Shown here piece after piece: positions 10,239 to 23,600 of a stretch of 34,402 nt of DNA. The notes under the pieces are model-generated. The model was given only the letters and a program-made list of their open reading frames with translations, made no database searches and was not told the DNA's origin. Both the position numbers and the translations under genes were made by a program. Within the stretch, counting starts at the first letter, position 1; every line of letters begins with the position of its first letter. Origin of the DNA: Welwitschia mirabilis (taxonomy: Eukaryota); assembly GCA_051453625.1 (NCBI GenBank), contig JBOZIK010000001.1, forward strand, positions 634,476 to 668,877, in the 5' to 3' direction.

Positions 10239-13200
10239 CATCTACTTGATTAGTTTTTGGCCCTCAATCTTGTATTAATTCCTTAGTGGAAAAAATCAAA
10301 ATACTCATAAACTGGACTAGTATGCGTTACATACTACTATTCCTAAGGACTTATCTTTCAATGTAGTTATATAAGAAGTTTTAAAATAATTAAAAATAAA
10401 TAATATTACATACTTCCAAGTGTTTGAATTAAAATCTTAGATTAAATAGTTCTTAAAAAATTAGCATGTATTTAAGAATCAACAAATTGAAAGCCTACCT
10501 GAGGATAACCTTCTCATAGAATCATTTAATTCCTAGTGTTCAACTTAATTCCTAGGCATGAGCTATATTTAAAACATCAACTCTCTCAAAATTCATTCGA
10601 AAGATTCATTGAAATTAATGAATAACTTTGTTTTGAAAATAATGTGATCAATTTGTCTAAAGATGTAGAAAATCCAAGGGAGATGATAATTAGTATTCCC
10701 TACCTTATCGTCTTTGCTAACATTTTCTTAAATTGTTCTAGAATTATACTAATATTTTTACATTATCTTACAAAGAGCTAATAAATTTTAATGCAAAAGT
10801 CATAATCCATAAAATTCCCTTGAAATTAGAGATGTAGCCTTATATTCAAAAGTGTAGAGCTATAAATCCTAAATTAAAGCTTACTATGTATCAAGAGTTT
10901 AAAATACTAATTCAACATGGAATTTTTTATGTAATTGATACATCACATGGTTAAGAAATCTTTTACTTGTATTAAAGAATAATTATATTAGTGATCATAT
11001 TAATTTTTGGAATTTAAACCAAGCCTTTATAAGATAGCAATATCCGCTACCTCAGATAGATCTTATCACTTAGCATGCATCTGCTATGGGATTTATTATT
11101 TTTGGATGTATTTTTTAGATATAATTAGATCCTAACTAGTAAAGATGATCATAGTCAAATTGGTATCACCACTAAATGGGGTAATTTTTTCTTCAAGAAA
11201 ACGCCTTTAGATTTATCTAATGCCTAAGAAACTTTTCAAAGAGCCATGAATAAATCTTTCATAGGAATAATTGATAATTTTGTGATTGTTTATTTAGATG
11301 ATATTATGTATACTCCAAGAAAGGTTTAGATAATTTTAAGCACTTGTAAGTGATATTTTATAATTATAAAAATTTTAAGATACTATTAAACCCAAAAAAA
11401 TAGTATTCTATGTCTTGAAGCTGGTGTTATTTTAGGATATTGTGTTTTAAGATTTTGGGTCATAATTAATCCTATGTACATAAAATTAATTAAATAATTA
11501 GAGTTTTTAATCTTTAAGAAAGATTTAAGGTATTTATTTGGGAAGATCAACTTTTTTAAAATGCTTATTCTTAAATGATTTTTTTGAAACATTTATTCTT
11601 AGATTTACAAAAGTAACCACATCTTTGCAAAAAAATGTTGAAGCAAGATTAAGATGTTAAAAGGACATCTTAGGCACAACAAGTTTTCATTACTATTATT
11701 AAATCTATTATAAATTTCCTAATCTTATCACCACTCGATTTCCATAACGATTTCTTTCTTTATTCTTTTTCTTCTCATGATTCAATTGCATCCATATTAA
11801 TTCATAAGATAGACCAACAAAATCTTGCTATTTTTTTCTTTCACATCATATTAGATGATGCTTAATTATAGTACATTAAATTAAATAGGCATGCTTATGA
11901 ATTTGTCAAGGCTATTAAGTATTTCAAATATTACATCTATTTGAATGGATTCTACTTAGTTGTTTTTTATCATATGATCAAATAAATGCTAGTGAAGCTA
12001 AACTGTCTTTAAAGAAATCTTCATGACTGACTAAATTATAATAGTTTAATTTTACAATTATAATTAATAAGATTATTAAATCACTTATCTCAACATAATG
12101 TTTGACTTGTAAAAACCTAGAGGTATGTCATAATTAGTAGTAGATCGTAGAAAAAGGCTGTTAGGATTAGGATTGTACCATTATTTGAAAATGAAAAATT
12201 TACCAACTTTTACAAATATTTAAACAAAAATATATTTCTTATAGAACTTAAACAAATTTAAAATCATCAATGATGTTTTTATTATAATTTTTATAGAGGT
12301 GCTCATTGCAACTAGAAGTATGGGATGTTTTGAATTAGTTTCATGTCATTAAGAAATATATTATGAGAACCCACTAGTAATGACCAATGATATTACTAGG
12401 AAATAATATTAATGGCCTATAATTCATGAATATTATATGAATATAATCTAAGGATGTTATAAATGCCCAACTCATACTCCTAAGTTATCCAAAGCAATAG
12501 CCTTACTAAAGCTAGGTTTTAAATCTACCCCTTTTAACACAAGGATATTAGACATTGTTGGCATGATTCATCCACTTTATTCTAAGCCCATAAGTTTATC
12601 ATAATTTTAATTGATTATTTTACTAAATGGTTAAAGTAAGTAATCTCAAACATTATACAACTAAAGAGTTAATTTCATTTCTTAAAGAATTCATTTTAAC
12701 TTAATTTGGAATCCTAGAGATATTAGTTTATGATAATGGCCCAGCTTTTATTTTTGCTTAATTTATTAATTAGGCAAATAAACATAAGATCATCATTAGA
12801 AATTTATCTAATTATTACCCTCAAGATAATGGTTTAGCATAATCCACAAATAAAAATATTAAAGCTACCTTAAGAATATGTATAGAAGAAAACCATCATG
12901 ATTAGCACAACTAGCTCAAGTTTGCTCTTTGGGCTAATGGGATTCGCTCTAGAAAAGATATAAAATCATTAAATTTTAAACTAGTTTACATAGTGGAAGC
13001 TAAAATTTCCTTAGATATACATAGGATTTAACATAAGGTTTTAGTTAATTCTTCATTAAACCTTGCAACAAGAATGGGTTGTATTACATAAGCTAACTAC
13101 AAAAGAAATTTACTAAAAGTAGTGTGAATTTTAACTAAGTATAAAGAAAACATGGACTATCTCCTTTAAGCCAAGGAATTTAGTTAGGTTTTATAATCAT

Positions 13201-13352
13201 AAAAGGGTGAAAAAAATGGTGAATTTTATCTTTAATGGCTAGGAATTTATTTTTTTAAAAAGATTTTTAGTTTAGCTACATATCAATTGGTTAATACATT
13301 AGGGCATGTTATGGGATACCACTATACTATGCTCCATTTAAAATGATATTAT
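10239..13352 (+). pseudogene. pol: Decayed Tat-type Ty3/gypsy pol: aRH C-terminus, RT, RNase H, integrase
   Basis: HKIPLK...QKCRAINPKLK; NFWNLNQA; YPLPQID; TTKWG; TFQRAM; VYLDD (YLDD 11291-11302). RH DFFLYSFSSHDSIASIL...AYEFVKAIKYF. INT IDYFTKW, VYDNGPAF, SNYYPQDNGLA, ALWA. Many stops and frameshifts. Confidence 0.92.
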
Positions 13353-13625
13353 CATAGCCCTAACTAAGGGTATCCCTTATTAAAGAACTATAAATAGTGT
13401 ATAGTTTTCTATTTTTATTTGAAATTAGTTTATTTTTCTATTTTGGTATATAATCCATTGCTAACAATTGTAGTTATACTAGTATTATAAGAGAAGAAAA
13501 TACCATTCTTTGCTTATGAAGTATATTTTGAATTTTATATGGAGAAGATGGATAACATCCATCATCTAAAATAATTTATGAGAGTTTATTTTCCTTTTAG
13601 TAGAAATACTAATAGTGCACTTTAT

Positions 13626-14101
13626 AAGTGGGTGGACTAAATGTTGGCATCCATGAATGTTTCATAATGGACCTATGCATTTCCATATCCTAGTTTTATG
13701 AAGATCGCCATATAATCACCTCACCTCTACCTATATAATATTTACCTATGAACTAGTTAGAATAAGAATAGGTACTAGTTAAAAAGCAATGTACTCAAAA
13801 TATAAAAGGTAGAGAAAAAATAAATGTCCTCCATCTAGCCCCTCCTTCATTTTCTACTTCTATAAATAAAGGAATAATTACTTCTTCATGTGATCCATCT
13901 TTAAAAATTGTTATGGCTATTAATAAAATAAAATTGGAGATACAAAAATAGCTAGTGTACATTAGTAACATCCTCTATTAAGAAATTGAATACAATGTGA
14001 TAGCGGACATCTAAAGACTCAAGTAGATTTACTCTTACTTTCCTTTCTACTCTCTTTATTAGTAATTTATACATTTCTTTTTATGTTTTCCTAGGTATAA
14101 A
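13626..14101 (+). mobile_element. PPT and probable 3' LTR of the Tat element
   Basis: AAGTGGGTGGACTAAA followed by TGTTGGCATCC at 13642, ~280 bp after the integrase end. CTATAAATA at ~13860. Right end inferred from where homology to the chromovirus LTR begins. Confidence 0.5.
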
Positions 14102-15625
14102 ATGTTATTACATTATAAGGCTCATCACTCCCAATAGATTCGTAATAGGTTAATAGATAAAATATTATGCTTTTTCAATGGGTCCTTCTTCATGCCTCAT
14201 AGCTCGCGAGTTCTAAATGATCAAAACTAATCTCTATGCACTTTAGTATATTAGTCCCATTAGCTATCATTTTGATTTAGAATAAGTTAAATTTATTAGT
14301 CAAACATATATAAGTTAATTTATTCCTCTTAAATAAAAAATCACAAACCAGACCCTTATTTTATGATTCATAACTTGTGGTGTTTCCTTTTTTTAAAAGA
14401 CAAGATCATATTCTTTCTCTTTTCTTGAGAAGGCTATCACTTAAATATAATGATTTTATTAGATTATATTAAAAATTTAATTACTTAAAACAAAAGAATA
14501 AGAATAAAATCTATTACTAGGCTAAGAGCATATTAGATCATGAATCATAGCTTGCAACATTCTAAGGTTACAACACCTTAATAAATATGTTAGCTTTTAA
14601 GAGAAATTGTCGTGACTAGCTTGTGATTCTATTTATTCAGTCTGGATTCTAAATTTTTTTTTTAATTTTTAACCCATATCCTTCTAAAAACACTCTCTAT
14701 ATTCATAATCATTGATCAATTTTGATAGCTTTAAATAAAAACATTATATCTAAAGTAAGTTTGACCCACAACAAAACTACAACATACGTCCTGTAATGCT
14801 CACCTATAATATCAATTCTTATAAATATTTTACTATGACCCATAAACTATGGCCTACGACTCTACTTTTATGGCTTACATTTTAATATGCTAGCTCATGA
14901 CTTAACACTTGCAGTCTTTGTTAAAGGATGTTAACTTTCAAGAAGAATTGTTATGATCCATGACTATAGCCACATTTTTTCCCCTTAAAGTGCTAAGTTA
15001 TTTTAGTTAAGATTGAAAATCCTTTCACTTTACACTATGCATTAGCCTATTAAAATATAGTTACCAATTAATTAATACATGATAGCCATGATAAGTGTAT
15101 AGATAATTTGGCTCCAAATCAATTTGTATCACATAGTATTTCACTAGGGACTTTGGGCTCTCAAAGAAACTATTATGGCTTATAGCCTATATTATTTAAA
15201 TATAAATACTAGTTGCGAGAAAATGACTATAATCCTATCATATGTATTTTTTTCCTTATAACTTGAGTTCCAAGGTTTCATGACTTGTAGCTCTTTATTT
15301 TATTTTTACTTCTTTATTTGAAGTTATAATGGCCTGAATCTATAATATATATTTTATTTTTATGGCTTGTAGCTCATCATATTACATCATAGCCTTATAT
15401 CTCAGGTTTATCTTGCATGGATTTTCATTGCTACAACATTTCTATTGTAGCCCTTATTCTACACTTATCTAGTATAGCTTTGATCATGGATCTTCACTTG
15501 TGGATCACTAGATTATGTTTCTTTCAATGTGGTTACCTCTTCTATAAATATTTTAAAAATTTTTTACTAGCCATAAGTCATCATGCATCATATATAGAAC
15601 AATAAAAAATCCTAATTAGTAACTA
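14102..15625 (+). repeat. Diverged second copy of the chromovirus LTR interior
   Basis: Collinear with ~8545-9910: ATTTTGATTTAGAATAA, AAAAATCACAAAC, TTATATCTAAAGTAAGTT, CTTACACTATGCATTAGC vs TTTACACTATGCATTAGC, AGTATTTCACT. Confidence 0.85.
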
Positions 15626-15899
15626 CCATGTAACATCTCTATGTTAGAGAAAATTTTAAGGCTAATCTTCCTAATGATTCATGGAAAGTTTAATTTAGCC
15701 TAAGTCATTTTTATTTTCATTTCTACTTTTATTTTTACTGTCATTTTATTCTTGTAACTTCCCCACTTAAAACCTTTAGTAATTGTTCTTAAAACTCCTA
15801 CATAAAGGCCTACTTAGAAATACATAGACCCAAATAATAATCTATTATCAACATTTTTCACTTCAAAGTCTTTTTTCTATTTGTGATATTAGGTATAAG

Positions 15900-18150
15900 G
15901 ATCCTACTTCATTGAGTTTATACAACCTGTTACTTTAGAATTAGAGACCTTTACTTCGAATATTCCTAGATTTGAAGATGCTTGATAGATAGAAAGTACT
16001 AAAGAATTTTGAAACTTCATCATAATTAATGGATTTTATTGCTTATTTTTTGATAGTTTTTAAACTACTGCTATGACCTTTTGTCATGAATTTTCTATAG
16101 TTGCAAATAAAACCTTAATATAAATTTCATCATTCTACCTTTTGCAGCTCATCCCCCTCATATCTAACTCAACTTATCAAGTTTATAATATTTCTACCTC
16201 AAAAGATAAAGATGTAGTCCACCATACAAATTGTGACTACTATCAAGATATTTTAGTATAAAGGTTTTAGATATCTATAAGAACCATTTTTAAGTTTGGG
16301 GTTTTAGGATTTAAGGTTTTAACAATGTTATTAGTATTTGAGTTTTGATTCATAATTGAAAAGGACTAGTGCTTTCATCCTGCTTATGCTCTTAATTCTT
16401 AGCTATGAAAGCAAGCTTGAGAGCATTTCATACAAGGGTTAAACTTCAAATTCTACATGACCCCTTATTTGGTTAATTATGTCCTACATCTCTGAGACCC
16501 AATAATACTTAGAGATATTCCACTTTGCATTCATTCATAACTTGTTGCTAGAATTATCTTGACATTAATTTGAAAGTTGTTTTCAATGATATACATAATG
16601 GACTACTTTGATCACTAAGTAAATGAGGTAATTATGTATTTTCTATACCTATTTCTTTAATTCTTTATTTTTAACACAAAAATTATGAAGTTATTTCTTG
16701 ATATCATTAAGATTATTAAAGATAGTTAATTCTTCAGTCAAGCTAGTTTTCATAGTAATTTCATCATAACTCAAGTAGCTAAAACTAAGATTACTTCTTT
16801 TATACTACCTTGTTTCATTATGTCCTACTTTATATGCTAGAGGTGATTTGGCTATGGCTCAACATTAAAGCCAAATTCACTTTAATTAAGAAGCTAAAGT
16901 TGCTAATCCAATCCTTTCATACTAAGATTTAGATTTGTAGTGGAATAATCATCATAAACAAATATCTTTAATGCTCACTACAGCTTTAATCTAGATAGTA
17001 AAATTTGATTTCACAAAACTCATTTTACTCATTAGATCCACACTCATGATAAAATATATCATGGCCTCTAGGATGATTTAGAGTAAGGGATTATAAGTAA
17101 TAGTTAATGAGAATGGTTTAACTCAGAGGTAGGGAATTTTCAAGCCTATACTGTACCCATACCTAAATGCTCTATAGGAATGTTAGAGGTTTGAGGTGGA
17201 TCCTACTAATTCATATCCTCACATATATGTGTTTATTTAGTGGGATTATCTATAAGAAATTACACTCACCCATAGGGCCTGCTACTCCTTTCTGAGTAAT
17301 TCACTCACCTTATCTAGTATTCATAAGGAGGGCATAAATTTAAACTACCTAGTTGCTTTTAAAAAGATTCTAGATTATCTCAATATTCTAAAGGAGTCTT
17401 CTATCATCTTGTATCATCTTAAACATCACTTCCTATTACTTTAATATCTTGTCTTCCTCCTTTTTATCCTAGCATAACATTAGAGGCATCATCAATTTCA
17501 AAGGATCCTCCACTTAACAAAAACCCATTAGTTATAGAAACTATTAAAGTAGATAAAAGGATAATTCAGATTTCTATAGAAGGCTCTAATCTATTCCTCA
17601 AATACTTAGGATAAAAGAAAGACAAAACATCTGAAGATATGTTATTTTAATATAAGAGGCAAAGGACTGATAAACTTTGGAAATTCTTAGAGGATCCTAG
17701 AAAGTTGTACAAGGAAACAACTACAATAAATTTGAACATGTAAGTAGCTTATCTAGTAGAGGTAAGAGAAAAGAATGCCTAAAATGTAGTTTCATATGGC
17801 TTTGGATTTGGAAAAAAAATTGCATCACTTAATGATCCTAGAATTAGAGGCTCTTAGATCCAACCTATAGGTCAGGGATGTAGAAATTAATAATATAAAT
17901 AGATACATGCCAATTAGTAAGTATTCCTGTAAGATCAAGAGGAGAAACTCAATTGAGTATATAAAGACTCAGAATCTAAATAGGCTAAATTTAGTTTCTT
18001 AAGAGTATAGCTTAGGGTATAGGACTATGAGCTCTTAAGTCTATAGGAATTAAATAAGAATCGATAATAGAAAGATCTAACTTAGAAGTCATGATCAAAT
18101 ATAAAGATGAATAAATATACACCTTGATGATGATGTGGCTTACCTTGGGT
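15900..18150 (+). pseudogene. Decayed retroelement accessory-type ORF (possible Transposase_32-like N-terminus, coiled-coil-like C-terminus)
   Basis: NGFYCLFFDSF*TTAMTFCHEF...VYNI weakly recalls the LVxEFY motif of plant retroelement extra ORFs. MILELEALRSNL*VRDVEIN near 17830 looks heptad-like. Heavily interrupted. Confidence 0.3.
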
Positions 18151-18429
18151 CACATAGCAGGTGATTGACCTAAACAACATTTTAACCTTTCATTTTTACT
18201 AGAGAAGTTTTATTCCTTTACAACTAATATCACCTTCTAATTGAGCATCACAGAGGGAATTATAGCCAAAGCAAGGTTTATTTTATGAATTCCTTTATTT
18301 TATTTTAAAAAAATCATGGTCATTGCCATTTTAAACTATGAAAATTACATAGTTACCTCACTCTAAGAAGTTGACCATAGGTTTGCTAAGAATGAAATAA
18401 CCATTGATGTAGTACTTTTCAAGTTTGAT

Positions 18430-19330
18430 TAATTATCTACATCATTGTAAAGGAATCTTGTTCTAATAGGATCAACATTTTAATGAATAATTTAAGTTCA
18501 AGAATACTAGTAAATTATTGTCGAAGGAACTATAAGACATGCAGGATGCCATTAATGAGGTAACTTCTTATTTACAATAATTGGCCAGGAATCTCTAGTA
18601 TGAATTTGAGATAGTTCTTTAAATTCATTTAGATTATTTTGAATATATTGAGACCAATTTTTTTAAATATCTATAGATTAATAAATGTTTTTTATACCTT
18701 CTAAATTAGTTCTAATTTTAGTTAATAATTGTGTACCAGTTTACAACTATAAAATCATTATTTAACTACCTTTCTTACTATATATAATGAATCATGTAAT
18801 GTTTTATTTTTAAGATAAAAAATTAAAAAAATAGAGGAAGAAGAATATAATATCAAGAGGCTACTTTTTAGGCTAAAAGAAATGAAAAGATTCTATCTTT
18901 CATGTGGTATTTTTTTAATTTACATGCAATGATTAGGCTTTAGTCTTTCTTGCACAGCTATTATAAAAGATGATTTGTAATTTTTTATTTATATAATTTT
19001 AATATTTTAATTAAATTATTTTGTTAAAATAATTATTTATATTTTCATGCATTATTTTTTCATTATGGTAAAATAGATGAGTCATCTTTAAAATAGTTGA
19101 AAACTTCTTTTTCTTAGAAATTGACTCTTAGTTTCCTTAGAACTATAGTTAAATAAGTTTCTTGATTCTTCGGGTCAGTTTTCTCTATAAATACTTTATA
19201 ATATAAGGTCCTCCCACTAGTGCTTATCTTTGTTAAATTGTCTATGATGGTCAAAATATCAGCTAATCTATTAGCCTTTTTTAATTTCCTCTTTATCAAT
19301 TCTGCCATAATAGAATACATATTCAATATT
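18430..19330 (-). pseudogene. Ulp1-like (peptidase C48, SUMO protease) domain remnant
   Basis: Motifs in the expected order on minus: HENINNYFNKII...KLQIIFYNS (cf. DEVINFY...HFFNS), LDIIFF, YLKNKTLHDSL (cf. YYDSL), WPIIVNKKLPH* (cf. PQQ). Catalytic His and Cys segments are not recognisable. Confidence 0.6.
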
Positions 19331-19769
19331 TTACTGACTTTGATAAACTATTATAAGAGGTATATATATTTTTTCTCTAACCTTTAAAACCAAAATTATA
19401 TGCCTAAAATAGTAATCAAGTTTAACCTAGTGATTTAGTTTGTAGCTTAGGCCCAATTTCATAATCAATAAGTTGATCCACATATGTCTGGATTAGTCCA
19501 TTGATGTGGTATTCTTACTTTGACATTGTAAATCCATTTTATTAGGTTAGTTTAAACTTAGCACTAGTTCAATTAAATTGTTGTAATAGTGGACTTAGTA
19601 CCTAAAAGATTGATGCTTTTACCACTAGGTACTTTATCAACTGAGTGCTTCTTCAATTTGGTGTTCCTACAATTCCATCAATATGTTGTAATGATAAGGT
19701 ATAGCATTTATTTATGATTTGTTATTAAGAAGGGATTTGTTGGAAAAAATAACTCCTCTAATATAATTC

Positions 19770-21010
19770 TTTTTATCATTTCCATATAAGTGGGTGTAAC
19801 AACATATTTTCTCTTTCCCCATATATCATTAAACCTATTTTATTTAATACTTAATTAAATTCCTATAATTGTAAGCCTCTTGATTTTAACTTGTAAAAAG
19901 AGTATTTAAGAGAGTTACATATAATGAAAAATCAAAATACTTTTTACAATCCTTGGTGTATGCTTTAATGAATTATGAAGCTAATATTAAAGTTCTTTTA
20001 TTATATTTGTAAGACTTAAAGGATCTATTAGATAGAAGAAATGTATGTGAAATAAGTCAAAAAGATGTCATTTATAAAGTTACTTAAATTTTTGAGTAAA
20101 ACTTGGAATGATTTAACCAAATTATGGGATTTTAGGTTTCATTTTCTTTATATGTTATCTATTGAAGGAATTTAAGAAAGACATGATCTTCATCTCTAAC
20201 AATATTTTAGTCACAAGTCAACGTATCTACTTTTCTTGGGAAGCTTGAATTTAGTCATAAGGCAACATGTTTACTTTTCTTGAGGATCTTGAAACTATCT
20301 ACATATTTTAGTGAGGAAATAGTAAGATCCCATTTTTATCCTACAAATCTAAATTCCTAGATGAAGAGGAATAATAATACTTAAATAATTTTTCTCTATA
20401 GAAATTTCTCCTCCAGTATTATTGAAATATTATTTTTTTCTAATTGTGTTTCTCTAAATTTTTTGAAGTAAAACATTTTAGGATCATAATGATAAATTTA
20501 TTCTTAAATGTCACATTTTTTAAGACAAAAATTCCCCTAATAAAGACAATTTTCTTCTTAAGTTATACAGGACACCATTTTAGAAAATTTATCAAAATGA
20601 AATTTAGGAGATTAAGCCATAAATTGATAAATGGATTTTACCTTGAAAGGCATTAATTTAATCTTAAGAAGCATAACACCCTTTCATATTTGGTGATTTA
20701 CCTTAAATTTTTTCAAATAAAAATTATTTTTAAACTTTCCCTATTTTCTTCTAATGTTTATCTAGCAATCTAGAACCTTAAGCAATATAATCATACAAAA
20801 CTATTAGTTGAAAAATAATATAAAAGAATTCTCTATTAATATTGTAAGACAAGATTACTTCTTTTTAAATTCCATTTCAAGCCACATAAGGCTTTTACAC
20901 CTTCAATGACTCTTTGAATAATGGACTTATTTCATCTATAATAATAAAAATATTCCAATCATAAATATTTATAGAATGGAATCGTTTCAACTTTCTCATT
21001 TCCTAGTTGA
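19770..21010 (-). pseudogene. DUF1985-like domain remnant upstream of the Ulp1 domain
   Basis: TIPFYKYL; LTILIENSFILFFN**FCMIILLKV (cf. F...EFxxITGL); PLHLGI*IC (cf. PxALQxWxYE); VTPTYME (cf. LxPTxxE). Same strand and order as DUF1985-Ulp1 genes of plant Mutator-like elements. Confidence 0.45.
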
Positions 21011-23228
21011 AATAAAAATTAATATCATACAACATGCATGTTTATTTTAGATGGATGATAAAATTTAATATAAATATGTATCATATGTTATAAATATTAC
21101 TTTGTTTTAGAGCATTATACAACATTATGCAAAAAATGGTTCACATGATAGTTTCCTACTTATGTTTCTTTTTCTTCCATCCTATGGTTATGATACACTC
21201 TAAACCAACATTAAAAGCTAAATATCAATATTATAAAAAAAATTTCATTGAAGATCCACCTATAATCTAAGGTTATAGCACGCAGAATGATTTGTAAAAA
21301 TTAAAGAACAAATTTATAAAAATTATAAATGATAAGATAAACATAAATTTAAATCTTTAGAAACTTATAATACTTCTCATATTTACCTACCTAGCTTGGA
21401 AGCAACAAGATAGAAAAAAATTGAAATTACCCTAAACTTAAAATTCATCTTCTATTTAGCATGATTTAAAAAATTGTCTTTTTTAAAGAACCTTAAAAAT
21501 ATATCTAAGAAACTAAAAATCAATGTTGCATTTTTAAGAAATGAATAAGAATCATGTAAATATTGTTATCTTTATTTTTCATGAGTAAGAGATTCGGAGA
21601 TGTTATTTTTCTAATGGAAATCAACATATAATTCTTCTAATATTATTGAACATCTAGCTAAGTAATGGTATTGTTCCAATGATAAAAGAGAGATGAATAG
21701 AATTTATTATCATGTATTTCATAAGGTATCCTAATATTTGTAATAATAATATCATTTAATAATTTTCAAATGAATAATATCTCTTTTTTAACCTATCTAG
21801 ACTTAATTTCCCCATGAATGAAATGAAGCCTAAAAATTTGAAAAGTAATTATGCTTTGTTCTAGATTCTAACTTTTTTGTTCTACCTTCTAATACGATGT
21901 GTACTTAAGTGCAACATGAAATGAATTAAAGAAAGACTATAATGTTTGATTTCAACAAAGGAGAAAGTTCCTATTAGATAAAGAATTTGATAAAGCCAAG
22001 TTAGATGCTAATCTATCCATAAAACTTTAAAAAAAAAAAAAAGTATTAGCGGAAGTTCTTATGGATAATACATTACTCATTCATAAGAAGTGGTGCACAT
22101 AATTCATGAAACCTATGAATATCTCCTTCTAATTTATGTTTTTATTTGTTGTAGAATTATGTGCTATTTAACTCTATCATTTTGTATTGACTTATTTCTA
22201 AGATTTGAATAAAATTCAAAATCTTATAAAATAAGAATATTTTGGTAAATTGCTTAAGAATATTAAGCTATGACTTAAAATGGAATAGATTTTTAGCTTT
22301 ATAATTTATGTATTCTCTCATGCCATAAGTAGTTTTATTAATGTGCTTGATTCTCTAACATGGATTGGATTTTACATAAGATTAATTATTATATTATTCT
22401 TACAAAATAATGAAAGTAAAATTTTTACCTTTATGAAAAGATCCTAGTAAATTCCTGACTCATTATATCTCTTTACACATTACATTAATGACATCATTCT
22501 TTGCAAAAAATTCTAAATGCTTTTTATTAGATCTTACATTCTTACAGTGATGTTATGTCTTAGCATGTGATATTCAAGAACCAGCTTGATATTTATTTTA
22601 TTTAGAATATAGTTAGTTTATAAGAAAGATATGCCCTCGCTATTAGTGCATAGAGTAGCATTTTTAAAATAAAAACTAAAATTATTAATTATAGTATAAG
22701 AAACCTTTATCATATTTCTTTCATAAGGACAACAAGGGAGATTTATAACTTGCAATTATCTATTCAAATCAAACTTAAATAAATGAAAATAAGTAAATGA
22801 TTTCATAGATCAAAAAAAAAGATTATTAATAAATGATTCTCCTATTAAGCACTAAAAATTATCATTCATAAAATAAATAATCAAGTAGATAAAGGAAATA
22901 CTAAGAATTACCTTCATTATCTTAATCTAATATGATTAATCATTAAGCAAAAGAAGTTTAATGTATCGAGAATAAATTATTTACTATATATTTCATATGT
23001 TTTTAAATCAAATAAAAGAAATTTTGATACTAAACTATAATGCCTATTCAAAGAGGAATTATCTTACCATGCATTTTATAAAATAGAATATATAAAAAAT
23101 GTTATAGATCAAATACATGAATCATCTAATCTGACAAACACCTAATCAATCATTAAAATAACCAAACTCAAATAATAAATAATTAAAAAAATATTAAAAT
23201 GGATTATTTCCATGCTAGTAATTATAAA

Positions 23229-23600
23229 TGTAACAACAAAAAAAACAAACATACAAATACAATTAGAAATCAAATTCCCTTAGGTCGTAATGCAAATACT
23301 ATAACAATAAGTAATCAAGTATAAACTATGATATTGGAAAATACATTACCTTAGGGAATAGTCACTTTTGCATGCTTATGAAAGAATAAAAGTAGTTTAG
23401 AACCCCATGATGAGACAACCAATCCTCATAGTAATGGAAGTTATAACAAGATCACTATGTGTGAAGGGAAGGAATTGGAAATAACATAAGGTAATATAAG
23501 GATGTTAATATTAAATGACACATGGAAGAATAAGATGAAAAAATGATGCATATCCTTAAGAGTGACTTGTATTTTATAGTGTTAAATTTAGGGTATTACA
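23229..23600 (-). mobile_element. Possible short solo LTR (372 bp)
   Basis: Minus strand begins TGTAATACCCTAAATTT and ends TTGTTACA, with CTATAAAATA inside. Flanks ATAAA/TTTAA match only 3/5. Confidence 0.4.

Noticed and set aside
20880-21010. Plus-strand Polinton/Ginger-like integrase (MDLFHL...KYSNHKYL)
   Set aside because: No downstream DDE motifs; the minus strand gives a more coherent DUF1985-like reading.
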